Below are positions 46,931 through 56,846 of a stretch of DNA of 64,000 nucleotides, piece by piece. The notes beneath the pieces were generated by a model, which saw only the letters and a program-made list of their open reading frames with translations, did no database searches and was not told the origin of the DNA. Within the stretch, counting starts at the first letter, position 1; the number at the start of each line of letters is the position of its first letter. This stretch comes from a virus: the IMG/VR virus record IMGVR_UViG_3300044691_000274, positions 1 through 64,000 of that record; one strand, given 5' to 3'. The position numbers and the translations under genes were made by a program.

Positions 46931-49588
46931 ATGGCCGCCCTCGCAGTAGAACTCGTCATCGGCCTCGGCGGCATGCTGCTGACGTCGCTGTTCCAGCCGA
47001 AGCCCAAACCACAGTATGGTTCCAGGCTCTCAAACATCAACGTCCCGCCTGTTTCGGTGGGCAACACGATCCCGCGCGTCTGGGGCACGTTCAAGGTGCC
47101 TGGCCAGATGATCTTCGCCTCGCCGCTGATCGAGACGATGCACACCCATCACGCGGCCAAGAAGGGCGGCGGCAAGGGCATGGGCGGGGGAGGCAACAGC
47201 GCCACGACCTACACGTACACGTATTCGGTCGACATCGCGGTCGCGGTCTGCGCGGGACCGGTCTACCGCATCAACCGCGTCTGGGCGAACCAGAAGCTGC
47301 TCTATATCGACCCGACGGTGGCGGCGCGCGAGCAGATCGACTTCGACGCGGCCTACCAGTCGGAGGCGACCCGCCTGATCGACGAAGAGGGCTTGGACGT
47401 GGCGCAAGCTGCCGCATCCGCCTACATTTTCGCCTATAACAATTTCTACACCTTCGAGGTCACGAACCTGACCGTCGACCTGGCGGCTGTCTACGTCACG
47501 ACGCACCCGATCGACGACACGCAGGGCATCACCGGGCAGATGCTCCTTCCGGGGCCGGAAGTGCTGACCATCCTGAACCAGCTGTTCAGCGGCATCAACA
47601 CGAACAACACTTTCGAGGCCCAGATCAACCGCTTCGACGTGATCGAGATTTTCCTCGGGTCCGACCGGCAGGGTCCGAGCGGCTTGCTCGAAGGCTACCT
47701 GGGCATCGGCAACGTGCCAGCGTTCCGGAACTGCTGCTATTTCGTGCTGACCAACCTGCAGCTGATGGACTTCGGCAACACGGTGCCGTCGATGACCGTT
47801 GAGGTCCAGACCAGCCCCTCGGGGACGACTAGCCTCGTCGAGGTGATCACGTCCATGTGCTTCCAGTCAGGGCTGGCCGACGACCAGTTCGACGCTACCT
47901 CGAACGTGGACGACACGCCGTTCCAAGGCTTCGCAGTGCTGGCCAACACCTCAGTCCGTGAGACGGTGAGCGAGCTGCAGAAGGTGTTCCCGATCGACGC
48001 GGCCGAGACCGGCTACGGGATCGTCTTCTCGATGGTCAACAAGCGCGCCTCCCAGATTTTTAATCGACCGGACCTCGGAACGCACCAGGACTCGGAGGCG
48101 CTGCCGCCGTCGATGGAAACGACCATCACGTCGGATTACGACCTGCCGTATCGGATCAACCTGAAATATCAGGAGGCGGCGCGCAGCTATTCGCCGAATA
48201 TGCTCTACGCCATGCGGTCGAACACGCCCTCGAAGACCGTCGAGGACAACGACGTGACTGTGGCGCTCGATCGCGCGGTGGCGCAGAACGCGGTCTCGAA
48301 CCTGCTCGCCCATCGCATGTTTGGCCGGCGCTCGTACAAGATGTCGTTCCCTCGCCAGTACGTCACGGTGGAGCCGACCGACGTCTTCAAGATGCCGAAC
48401 AAGGTCAATGCCGCGTTCATGGACCAATATTACGTGACGGAGGTTCATGTTGGGGCCAACGGCATCGTCAGTCTGACGGCTGTAGACCACATTTACGTCG
48501 ATCCGAACCTGAACCCTCTTGACCAGGTGTCGCAAGACTTCGACGTTGCTGTCGGAGGCAACACCTCGCTGCCCACGACCTCGCAGACGGTGCCGTTCCT
48601 GCTCGACACGCCGCTCCTGACCGACGTCGACACGGACGGGCCGGGCTTCTACGTCGTGCTCTCAGGCGCCTTCAACGGCTGGTCTGGGGGCTCGCTCTTC
48701 GTCGATGCGGCGGCGCCGACAGTCTCGACCGCCTACGGCCTGGACATCCTGACGCCAACGGCGGGCTCGGCATGGACGACGATCGCCTCGAACGGCATCA
48801 ACGTCCCCCAGGGGACCGCACTAGGCACACTCGCGCCGAATATGGTCTCCTGCTACTGGGATCGAACCAGCGTGCTCCTGGTCCGGATCGCCAACGGCAT
48901 GGACTTGGTGGCAGCCGCCGAGGACGACATCCTCGTGCAACCGCTGAACGTGACCATGATCGGCAACGAAGTCGTCCAATATGCCAACGTCGTCGACAGG
49001 GGGAACGGCCTCTGGCAGGTCTCGACCTTCTTGCGGGGACTGAAGGGCACCGAGCGCTGGATCAACAGCCATGTGGCTGGAGAGAGGTTCGTCCGCCTGA
49101 CCAGCGCCATGAAGCGCGTCAGGACGACCATCGCCGACGTGAACCAGAGCGACAACTTTCAGGCCATCAGCAACAGCCAGCCTGCGTCCACGGCCGTTTC
49201 GTTCTCCTTCAGCGACACCGGCAATTCCATGCGGCCGCTCACGGTGGCGGTCGAGCGCAAGTTCCGGAACGTGACTGGGGCGATCGAGGTGGACTGGGTC
49301 CCGCGCGTGCGGCAGAACGGCTCGTGGCTCTCCCTGTCCGACGTCAAGCTCGCGGCGAACGATCTGCCGGAGCAATATCAGGTGGACGTCTGCACGACGG
49401 CCGATCCGACCACGGCGGTGGCGACCTATACAATCACGCCGACGCCTGGCGCCCTCGCGGGGACGTTCGTTTACACGACAGCTCAGCAAGTGACGGACCT
49501 TGGCGCGGCGGCCAACCCCGTTCATCTGGCGATCTATCAAATGTCCGCTGTTATTGGTCGTGGCTTCGGACTCGGTGTGAAAGTGTGA
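46931..49588 (+). CDS. Central tail tip / host-specificity protein (GTA g15-like)
   Basis: G..IPRVWG..KV.GQ.IF, VPAFR...Y.V...L.L.DFGN.VP, IGNEVVQY, LRGL.GTE. Confidence 0.85.
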   Translation: MAALAVELVIGLGGMLLTSLFQPKPKPQYGSRLSNINVPPVSVGNTIPRVWGTFKVPGQMIFASPLIETMHTHHAAKKGGGKGMGGGGNSATTYTYTYSVDIAVAVCAGPVYRINRVWANQKLLYIDPTVAAREQIDFDAAYQSEATRLIDEEGLDVAQAAASAYIFAYNNFYTFEVTNLTVDLAAVYVTTHPIDDTQGITGQMLLPGPEVLTILNQLFSGINTNNTFEAQINRFDVIEIFLGSDRQGPSGLLEGYLGIGNVPAFRNCCYFVLTNLQLMDFGNTVPSMTVEVQTSPSGTTSLVEVITSMCFQSGLADDQFDATSNVDDTPFQGFAVLANTSVRETVSELQKVFPIDAAETGYGIVFSMVNKRASQIFNRPDLGTHQDSEALPPSMETTITSDYDLPYRINLKYQEAARSYSPNMLYAMRSNTPSKTVEDNDVTVALDRAVAQNAVSNLLAHRMFGRRSYKMSFPRQYVTVEPTDVFKMPNKVNAAFMDQYYVTEVHVGANGIVSLTAVDHIYVDPNLNPLDQVSQDFDVAVGGNTSLPTTSQTVPFLLDTPLLTDVDTDGPGFYVVLSGAFNGWSGGSLFVDAAAPTVSTAYGLDILTPTAGSAWTTIASNGINVPQGTALGTLAPNMVSCYWDRTSVLLVRIANGMDLVAAAEDDILVQPLNVTMIGNEVVQYANVVDRGNGLWQVSTFLRGLKGTERWINSHVAGERFVRLTSAMKRVRTTIADVNQSDNFQAISNSQPASTAVSFSFSDTGNSMRPLTVAVERKFRNVTGAIEVDWVPRVRQNGSWLSLSDVKLAANDLPEQYQVDVCTTADPTTAVATYTITPTPGALAGTFVYTTAQQVTDLGAAANPVHLAIYQMSAVIGRGFGLGVKV

Positions 49589-49623
49589 TGCAATTAACTG
49601 CACGATAGGATAGAGTTCCTGTT

Positions 49624-50067
49624 ATGACTTGGGGCGCGTTGCGAGGTTTATCTGAAGAGGAACGCCGCGCGCATAAGCGTAGCGTCCATAAGGTGTGGCG
49701 TGCCAAGAACGCGGAGCACATACATAATTATCAGACGGAATACAGAGCTAAAGACCCTGAGAAGGCTAGGGTGGATAACGCCATTTGGCGCAAGAAAAAC
49801 ATAGATCACGTACGGGCAAAGAATAGAGTAAACAAACTGAAAAGTATGTATGGCCTTACCGTGCCAGCTCTTGAAGCCATGAAACAAGCGCAAGCGTTTA
49901 GGTGTTTACTCTGCGATAAAGAGAAGCCACTGAACGTAGATCATTGTCATAAAACGGGGCAAGTACGCGGGTTACTATGTACGGACTGTAATACCTCGTT
50001 AGGTAAGTTCAACGATGACCCGAATATGCTACGCCGTGCTACTGCATATTTAGAAGGAACGCTGTGA
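49624..50067 (+). CDS. Endonuclease VII-like homing endonuclease
   Basis: MYGL, CLLC, LNVDHCHKTGQVRGLLC..CN..LG; markedly AT-rich. Confidence 0.88.
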   Translation: MTWGALRGLSEEERRAHKRSVHKVWRAKNAEHIHNYQTEYRAKDPEKARVDNAIWRKKNIDHVRAKNRVNKLKSMYGLTVPALEAMKQAQAFRCLLCDKEKPLNVDHCHKTGQVRGLLCTDCNTSLGKFNDDPNMLRRATAYLEGTL

Positions 50068-51437
50068 TGGCTGTCACTCCCAACCTGGGCTTGACCTTAA
50101 TGAGTAGTTCCCAAGCGCAGAAGGAGGCGGTGTTCAACAACGCCATCGTCGCCTTTGATGCGCTGTTCAAGGGCTCGGTCATCAGCTTGGCGCTGAACAC
50201 TCCGCCTGGCTCGCCTAGTGCGGGCGACATTTACATCGTGGCGTCCGGAGGCAGCGGGCTGTGGTCGGGCCACGATCACTCGATCACGTTCTATTTCAAC
50301 GGCTGGCAGTTCTTCACTCCGCCCCTAAAACTCACGCTTTTCGACCAAAACACGGCTGAATTCTACACTTATCAGGGAGGTTCGACCTTCTGGGTCGCCA
50401 ATCCTTCGGGCCTCGTCGCGGTCCTGAACGACCTCACGAACGTCGCCGGCACGCCGACCAACGGGCAGGTGCTGACGTACAATACGAGCACAAGCAAGTG
50501 GGGTCCGGTCACGCCGTCCGCAGGCGCGCTCTCGGTGTTGACAGACGTCAACGTCACAGAGGGCAGCCCGATCGACGGCCAATACCTCATGTGGAACAAT
50601 GGGACGAGCAAGTGGGTCGCCCACGCCGTCCCGACATACCCGACTGCTCTCACCGGCCTGACCGACGTCAATGTGACGGAAAGCTCGGGCATCGACACTT
50701 ATTTGCTGTCCTGGCACAACTCGACTGGCAAGTGGGTCGCCATCGCGCCGACCGCGCTGACCTCGCTGGCCTCGCTCGCCGGGGTGGGCGACGTCACATA
50801 CGGTTCAGGGCCGACGATCGGCGACGGCCTGGTCTGGAGCGGCTCGCACTGGGCGCCTTCGTCCTCGACCATGAGCTATAAGTTCGAGAGTCTGACGGAC
50901 GGCCCCGGCCTGTTCGCGGGCCACGGCGGCTCGGTCGTCATGGTGGACGTCAGCGAGACGACGCTCGACTATATGACGCTGCCCACGCTCGCTTCGAACA
51001 TGAACGCCAGCCTGGCCTACGCCGGCCTGAACGACGTCACCATCACCTCGCTGGCGACCGGTCAAGTCATGGTGTGGAGTGGAACGAAGTGGACGAACCA
51101 AGCCCACGTCGATTTCCCATGCGGGTCCGCCGTAGTCTCGACCGGCACGCACAACGTTGATCGCAGCGTCGGCGAAGTCCAGCGACTCAGCCTGACGGGC
51201 AACACCACCCTAACCGTATCCAACTGGCCGGCCTCGGGGCTCTTCGGGCGCCTGGTCCTAGAAATCCAGAACACCGGGGCGTTCAACATCACGACCTGGC
51301 CCACCGGCACGATCTGGCCGGGCGGCACCGTGCCGACCATCACGCCGGGCAGCGGCAAGAAGGACGTCATCATCCTGATGTCGTTCGACGGCGGCACGAC
51401 GATTTATGGTAGTGCAGCGGGACAGAATTTCAGCTAA
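50067..51437 (+). CDS. Tail fibre protein with DUF2793 N-terminus
   Basis: TPNLGL....SQAQKE..FN.A; PP.SP..GD.YIV; repeated L.DV....GQ.L.W....KW units. Confidence 0.8.
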   Translation: MAVTPNLGLTLMSSSQAQKEAVFNNAIVAFDALFKGSVISLALNTPPGSPSAGDIYIVASGGSGLWSGHDHSITFYFNGWQFFTPPLKLTLFDQNTAEFYTYQGGSTFWVANPSGLVAVLNDLTNVAGTPTNGQVLTYNTSTSKWGPVTPSAGALSVLTDVNVTEGSPIDGQYLMWNNGTSKWVAHAVPTYPTALTGLTDVNVTESSGIDTYLLSWHNSTGKWVAIAPTALTSLASLAGVGDVTYGSGPTIGDGLVWSGSHWAPSSSTMSYKFESLTDGPGLFAGHGGSVVMVDVSETTLDYMTLPTLASNMNASLAYAGLNDVTITSLATGQVMVWSGTKWTNQAHVDFPCGSAVVSTGTHNVDRSVGEVQRLSLTGNTTLTVSNWPASGLFGRLVLEIQNTGAFNITTWPTGTIWPGGTVPTITPGSGKKDVIILMSFDGGTTIYGSAAGQNFS

Positions 51438-51471
51438 GGTGTGCAATCAATTGCACCACAAATAGGAGAGC

Positions 51472-51918
51472 ATGATGCCCGGTGGAAAAGGACCGACCTT
51501 CGATGGTCAGCTTCTTGGACTAATTCTGAATGGCTCACCGATCGCGAACATCGCGGACAACGCCGCGTCCTCGCCATTGACGAACCTGTATTTGTCGCTG
51601 CACACGGCGACTCCCACGGGAGGCAACCAAGGCACCAGTGAGGCGGCTTACACCAGCTACGCGCGCAAGGCGCTAGCCCGCAGCACCGGCAGTCCGTCGT
51701 GGACCATCTCGGGCGCGGTCGCGACCCTGGCGGCCATCCAGTCGTTCGTCGCGGCGACCGGCGGCTCTGAGACAGAACAGTTTTGGGGCATTGGCGTGTC
51801 TGCCACCGCGCATGACACTGGCGAACTCCTTTACTGGGGTCCAGTCACTCCAAACATCGTGGTTTCCAGCGGTGTCACCCCGCAGCTCGGCACCGGGACG
51901 ACTATCACCGAAGCCTGA
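51472..51918 (+). CDS. Putative virion (fibre-associated) protein
   Basis: LYLSLHTA.P..G.Q.TSEAAYTSYAR motif; AGGAG upstream. Confidence 0.65.
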   Translation: MMPGGKGPTFDGQLLGLILNGSPIANIADNAASSPLTNLYLSLHTATPTGGNQGTSEAAYTSYARKALARSTGSPSWTISGAVATLAAIQSFVAATGGSETEQFWGIGVSATAHDTGELLYWGPVTPNIVVSSGVTPQLGTGTTITEA

Positions 51919-51952
51919 TCTCAGGTTTGCAAGTAACTGCAACAGAAGGACC

Positions 51953-52612
51953 ATGCCAATGCGCGCTTCTCTCTTCGCTCTCGGACTCGCCGCTCTTCTC
52001 TCCAGCCCAGCCGCAGCGGCGCTCGTCAACGAGGGTGAGTGGACCCTCGACACGACCACGAACCTGGAGTGGCGACATCCACAGCTAACGCGAGGTGTTG
52101 AAGACCCGTTGGGCGCAGGCGGCTTGGCAGGTGCAGGGTGGAACTACGCAAGCGGTGATGAGTTTTTGGCCCTTGTGACCGATTACGTTGGCCCTGCAGT
52201 AGGAGCTTTGCCACCGATAGACCTAAGCGCAGACGGGAACGTCGTGGGGTACAGCACGTCCTATTTTCTGCCAGTAATTCAATTAATAGGGGCATTAGGC
52301 GGGCCTACCTACGCTGTAAGCTACAACGATCCGGGGGCATATCGTGTGCACAGTACCCAGTACGAGCAGATGTCTATTTGGGGCATACTTGAGGTGAGCC
52401 CTAACCAATACGCTGAAGGTTACCTTATTTCGGACCTGTGGCCGACGTCTGCGGGCGCGTGGGCCTACGGAGACTCCAACGGCGGGGTAGCACAGTTCGA
52501 AGGCAGCTTCTTAGTTCGGGAGGCCCCTGCTCCAGAAATCTCGACCATGCTCATGATGCTCATGGGCTTCGTGGGCCTCGGTTACGCCGGTCGGCGCCGC
52601 GCGGTGATCTAA
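51953..52612 (+). CDS. PEP-CTERM (exosortase-sorted) surface protein
   Basis: Signal peptide MPMRASLFALGLAALLSSPAAA; C-terminal APEISTMLMMLMGFVGLGYAGRRR; atypical codons. Confidence 0.75.
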   Translation: MPMRASLFALGLAALLSSPAAAALVNEGEWTLDTTTNLEWRHPQLTRGVEDPLGAGGLAGAGWNYASGDEFLALVTDYVGPAVGALPPIDLSADGNVVGYSTSYFLPVIQLIGALGGPTYAVSYNDPGAYRVHSTQYEQMSIWGILEVSPNQYAEGYLISDLWPTSAGAWAYGDSNGGVAQFEGSFLVREAPAPEISTMLMMLMGFVGLGYAGRRRAVI

Positions 52613-52613
52613 G

Positions 52614-54623
52614 ATGGCCTACGCTAACGCAGCCGGGCAATACGTCAACTACGGCAATGGCACGACGACCGGCTATTACGCCCTGACCAAGTGGGCGGCC
52701 GGCGCGGCGGTGACCGTTGGCATGCTGCGCCGACAGCTTACGGTGACAGGGTTCGTAGCCGAGCGGGTGTTCGTCTGCATAGTCGCCGGCACCACTGGAT
52801 CGACTGAGCCTACGTGGGTGTTGACCAAAGGCGCGCGGTCGCCCGCTACAGGCACTGACGGCACAGCTGTTGTCTGGATGGAAGTGACTGGGCAGCCAGG
52901 CGTCAACGGCGACGTGACAGCGAGGACAGACGGCGTCGTCAACTGCCCTCAGTGGACTGTCAGCTCGACCCCGGCCCTTGGCACAATCATCTACGTCCCG
53001 AGCAACGGGTCACTGCAAATATGCACCACCTCGGGAGCTGGCGGAGCCACTATACCAGGAACGTTCAGCACGACGCCAAGCACCCCAGCAGCAGATGGCT
53101 CGGCGTCGTGGACCAGCCTTGGATTGGCCAGCAGCTTCAGCATATGGAGCGCGCCACACGCGCGCCTGAATAACGCCTGGACGTCCACGTGGGGCTTCGC
53201 CGGACAAGATTTCTACGTCTCCTCGATCCACGCGGAGACCCAGAGCACTGCGATGACGCTCACTAGCCCAGGCACGGTCACGACGCCGTGCCGAGTGATC
53301 TGCGTCGCCCAGTCGCCAGCCTCAACGCCTCCCGGCTCGGCTGACGTGACCACAGGCGCGTCGATCTCGACGAGTGGCAACACCGACATGAGCCTGTGCC
53401 CTGGCACGAACATGACCTATATCTACGGCGTCGCGTTCACGTGCAGCAACGGAGCGGGCGCGAGCGGGACCTTCTCGATGGCGGTAGGCGTCGCCACTCT
53501 CACGCTCGAAAACTGCTCAGTCGTTTTGGGTACGACGTTTGGCAATCCGTTGAAGGTCGGACCGGCCACCGCCAGCCAGCAGGCGACTGTGCTCTGGAAC
53601 AACGTCAAGTGGGCATCCGGCAATTCGGCCCAGGCGATCCAGGTACAACAGGCGGATTTCACCTGGAGGAACACGCCAAGCGGCGCGTTCAGCGGGGCGC
53701 AAGCCGGCAACCCTGCTGTTCAGGCCAACCCCGGTCCATGCAACATTTTGTTGGAAGGGCTCGATCTCAGCAACAACACGCACCCTGTCGTTGGTTCGGT
53801 ATCCGGCGGGACAGGCTACGCTTGCGTCAAAGACTGCAAACTGCCCCCTGGTATAGCTTGGGGGGTAGCAGGGACCGGGGCCAATTTCACGGTAGACTTG
53901 GTGCGCAGCGACACTGCTGGGGCCACGTATCGCAATGAGCGCCTCTCGTCCCAAGGGTCGCAGACGACCGACACCCAATTCTATCGAAACGGCGGCGCGT
54001 CGGATGGCACCACGCCGGTCTCACATATGATCGTCACTTCTTCGAATGGCTTGCTCTCGACCTGGAACCCGTTCCTTGGCCTCCCGATCGCCATCTGGAA
54101 CGGCACGACGGGGTCGAGCGTGCATGTCACGCTGTTCGGTATTGTCAACGCAGCGGTGGTGCCTAACAACGACGGGTTCTGGTTTGAAGCCGAATATCTC
54201 GGGACGTCGGGGTCCGCCGTCGGCTCCTTCGCTTCGGCCTTCAAGGCGAACGTCCTAGCAGCTCCAGCCGCGCTCACGGCTGACAGCACTTCGAGCTGGT
54301 CCGTAGGCGCACCCTTGCGAACCAACGGTGGATCGTACAGCCCTGCCGACCCCCCGATCGCGGTGGCGAGCAACCCCGGTCGGCTGTTTTTCTGCACCAC
54401 TACCGGAAACTCAGCAGGCTCCGAGCCGACAGGCGTTGGCGGCTATAGCGCGTGTATCGACGGTGGCTCCGTGACGGATAACACAGCGGTGTTCCGCGCA
54501 GGCTGCCGGTTCTCGGTGAGCCTCAACGTCACTCCGCAGCAGGCCGGCTACATCTACGCTTATCCGAAATATGCGCAGATGAGCACGTCCTACTTTATCG
54601 ACCCGCTGATCGTGCTGACCTAA
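52614..54623 (+). CDS. Tail fibre / receptor-binding protein
   Basis: Three C..[AS]GT.G..EP.W-type modules and a beta-helix-like centre. Confidence 0.65.
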   Translation: MAYANAAGQYVNYGNGTTTGYYALTKWAAGAAVTVGMLRRQLTVTGFVAERVFVCIVAGTTGSTEPTWVLTKGARSPATGTDGTAVVWMEVTGQPGVNGDVTARTDGVVNCPQWTVSSTPALGTIIYVPSNGSLQICTTSGAGGATIPGTFSTTPSTPAADGSASWTSLGLASSFSIWSAPHARLNNAWTSTWGFAGQDFYVSSIHAETQSTAMTLTSPGTVTTPCRVICVAQSPASTPPGSADVTTGASISTSGNTDMSLCPGTNMTYIYGVAFTCSNGAGASGTFSMAVGVATLTLENCSVVLGTTFGNPLKVGPATASQQATVLWNNVKWASGNSAQAIQVQQADFTWRNTPSGAFSGAQAGNPAVQANPGPCNILLEGLDLSNNTHPVVGSVSGGTGYACVKDCKLPPGIAWGVAGTGANFTVDLVRSDTAGATYRNERLSSQGSQTTDTQFYRNGGASDGTTPVSHMIVTSSNGLLSTWNPFLGLPIAIWNGTTGSSVHVTLFGIVNAAVVPNNDGFWFEAEYLGTSGSAVGSFASAFKANVLAAPAALTADSTSSWSVGAPLRTNGGSYSPADPPIAVASNPGRLFFCTTTGNSAGSEPTGVGGYSACIDGGSVTDNTAVFRAGCRFSVSLNVTPQQAGYIYAYPKYAQMSTSYFIDPLIVLT

Positions 54624-54627
54624 GCCC

Positions 54628-55029
54628 ATGGCTCGCCAGGCAGGTCTATACACGAACGGCCTCGGAGCGATCTTCGTCAATGAGACGAGGGCGGGCCAAG
54701 TCGGCTTGCCTGGCGAGTTCTTCGACGAGACGTCTGGCCTCACGGTCCACGCCGCGACAGGCTCAGCCACGGGCCAGGCTTCGGTGTCCGGCCAGGGCAA
54801 GGCGCTGTTCACCGGCAACGGCAGCGCGACCGGCCAGGCGTCAGTGTCGGGCTCGTCGTCCTCGGGCAAGCTCGTGACGGGCACTGCCGCAGGGCAGGCG
54901 TCGGTCTCAGGGCAGGGCCAGTCGAAGGCTCTGGCCAACGGCTCCGCCACCGGCCAGGCGTCCGTCTCGGGGCAAGGACGATCCATCACAAGGAACGGCG
55001 GGGCCATCTTTCTGCTGATCGGGGTGTGA
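54628..55029 (+). CDS. Small repeat protein (four A[TA]GQASVSG units)
   Basis: Roughly 20-aa tandem repeats. Confidence 0.55.
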   Translation: MARQAGLYTNGLGAIFVNETRAGQVGLPGEFFDETSGLTVHAATGSATGQASVSGQGKALFTGNGSATGQASVSGSSSSGKLVTGTAAGQASVSGQGQSKALANGSATGQASVSGQGRSITRNGGAIFLLIGV

Positions 55030-55136
55030 CCTCCACACATAGGTCATGTTTCCGCGATTAACCAAAAGAATTGCGGCTATCGCCAGTTGCTAAAAAGTCC
55101 AAAGCGTGCAATTAAATTCATTCTCAGGAGCCTGTC

Positions 55137-56096
55137 ATGTCCGTAGGCGATTTCCCAAAAGCGCTCCTCCGCATCCTCGTCTATGAGGGCGGCAAGGTCG
55201 ACAATCCCAAGGACCCAGGTGGGCGCACGAACAAAGGCATCACCCAGGGGACCTATAACGCCTATCGCCGTCAGATCGGCAAGGCGCCGCAGGACGTCTA
55301 CCTGATTTCGGACGCCGAAGTCGCGACGATCTACCAGCTCCGATACTGGAACGTCATGGCGTGCGACAGCCTGCCGGCCGGGCTCGACCTGGCTGTCATG
55401 GACGGCGGCGTCAACTCGGGCTGTGGCCAGTCCGGCAAGTGGCTCCAGCACGCCCTGGGCGACACGTTCACCGGCACGGTCGACGGCCTCATGGGGCCGA
55501 AGACGATCCAGGCGATCGAGGACTACGGCGACGTCGAGAAGCTGATCGGCGCATACTGCTCGCGGCGCCTCGCCACCCTCCACAGCCTTAAGACCTGGAA
55601 GACCTTCGGGCCTGGCTGGTCCGCGCGCATCGCCAACGTTCTCAAGACCTCGGACGCCTGGGCATCGGGAGCAGAGGCTCCGCACCCGGTAGACGTCACA
55701 GCGGCCGGCGGCCACCAGAAGGCCAAGGTCACCGACATCAAGCCGGCCCCAATCTCGCAGATCACAGCCCACGCTACGGCCGGCATCAGCGGCATCGGCG
55801 CGGTCGCAAGCAACTCAGCCGACCAGCTCAAGCCGCTCACCGACACGCTCCCGCACTGGCAGTGGCTCACGTATGGCATGTCTGGGCTCGCCATTACCGG
55901 AGTGCTTGCCGGCATCGCGGTCAAGATCATCAACGACGTCCGCAACCAGGCCGAGAAGGGCTCAGCCACGGCAACGGTCGATCTGGACGCCGACAGCGCG
56001 CATCCGCAGGTCGCGGTCAACGACAACGCGGCTCCGGCCATCGCATTCGACCCTGATGCGGCCAAGCTGTTGCAAGTAACTGCACAGGCGGCCTGA
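55137..56096 (+). CDS. Endolysin, GH108 family, with peptidoglycan-binding domain and C-terminal hydrophobic segment
   Basis: YEGG.VDNPKDPGG.TNKGIT, LP.GLD....D..VNSG, DG.MGPKT, F..GW..R. Confidence 0.9.
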   Translation: MSVGDFPKALLRILVYEGGKVDNPKDPGGRTNKGITQGTYNAYRRQIGKAPQDVYLISDAEVATIYQLRYWNVMACDSLPAGLDLAVMDGGVNSGCGQSGKWLQHALGDTFTGTVDGLMGPKTIQAIEDYGDVEKLIGAYCSRRLATLHSLKTWKTFGPGWSARIANVLKTSDAWASGAEAPHPVDVTAAGGHQKAKVTDIKPAPISQITAHATAGISGIGAVASNSADQLKPLTDTLPHWQWLTYGMSGLAITGVLAGIAVKIINDVRNQAEKGSATATVDLDADSAHPQVAVNDNAAPAIAFDPDAAKLLQVTAQAA

Positions 56097-56098
56097 CC

Positions 56099-56353
56099 AT
56101 GCTCGCAATCGCCACGTTCTTCATCGGCCCGATCGGTCGCTACGTCGCTCTCGCCCTCGCGGCAGGGGCGGCTCTCGGCTGGTACACGGTCCACGAGCGG
56201 AACATTGGCGCAGCGAAGGTCACGACTCAAATCGAAGAGCAGAACAAGGAAGCTGATCATGAAGCGGAAGGCATACGCAACGGGGTTCAGCGTAATTGCG
56301 CTGTTGTCCCTCTCCCTGCTGACTGCGTGCGCGACGGTTGGTCCCGAGACTAA
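56099..56353 (+). CDS. Inner-membrane spanin (Rz-like)
   Basis: N-terminal transmembrane segment, short coiled coil; after endolysin. Confidence 0.65.
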   Translation: MLAIATFFIGPIGRYVALALAAGAALGWYTVHERNIGAAKVTTQIEEQNKEADHEAEGIRNGVQRNCAVVPLPADCVRDGWSRD

Positions 56354-56483
56354 AGCCGGGGCCTGCAACATCTTCAAGCCGATCACGACGTCGGTCCAGG
56401 ACACACAGCCGACCAAGACGCAGGTTTTCGCTCACAACGCAGTGGGCCACAAAGAATGCGGATGGACTCCGCCCAAGTCCTAA
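56259..56483 (+). CDS. Outer-membrane spanin lipoprotein (Rz1-like)
   Basis: Lipobox LTAC after MKRK signal; overlaps the i-spanin; AAGGA upstream. Confidence 0.75.
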   Translation: MKRKAYATGFSVIALLSLSLLTACATVGPETKAGACNIFKPITTSVQDTQPTKTQVFAHNAVGHKECGWTPPKS

Positions 56484-56507
56484 GTTTGTCACCCGTGAGT
56501 AACCCCC

Positions 56508-56834
56508 ATGGCCGATCCAGCAGCCGCCTTCGATTGGTACGAGGTGCTCAAACAGTGGTCGAACCCGGCTGCGATCATCGGGATCGGGGCTGTGGTCTGG
56601 AGAGTCGCGAGGGGCAAAGTGGCAGCCGGGCTTGAACACTTGCAGCTGCGTCACGACCACGACGAGCTGAAGACGTCCCACGAGAAGCTGGCTGAGAAGG
56701 TCACCGCCGTCCGCGAGGCGATCGCCACGCTGGCCACGAAAGACGACTTGATGAAGCTCGGAGACCGAGTAGCCGACCGCGTAGACGCGAACTTCGGCCA
56801 CCTGGTCAACCTGCTCAAAAAAGAGCACCAGTAA
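56508..56834 (+). CDS. Single-TM coiled-coil membrane protein (possible holin)
   Basis: One hydrophobic helix then coiled coil, within the lysis cassette. Confidence 0.45.
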   Translation: MADPAAAFDWYEVLKQWSNPAAIIGIGAVVWRVARGKVAAGLEHLQLRHDHDELKTSHEKLAEKVTAVREAIATLATKDDLMKLGDRVADRVDANFGHLVNLLKKEHQ

Positions 56835-56846
56835 GGAGAGTTCGGT

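Noticed and set aside
42523-49588. Host gene transfer agent cluster
   Set aside because: The GTA-like tail-tip genes sit within a full phage with its own replication genes, long tape measure and non-GTA head genes
50067-55029. Diversity-generating retroelement or invertible fibre cassette
   Set aside because: No reverse transcriptase, invertase or template/variable repeat pair seen
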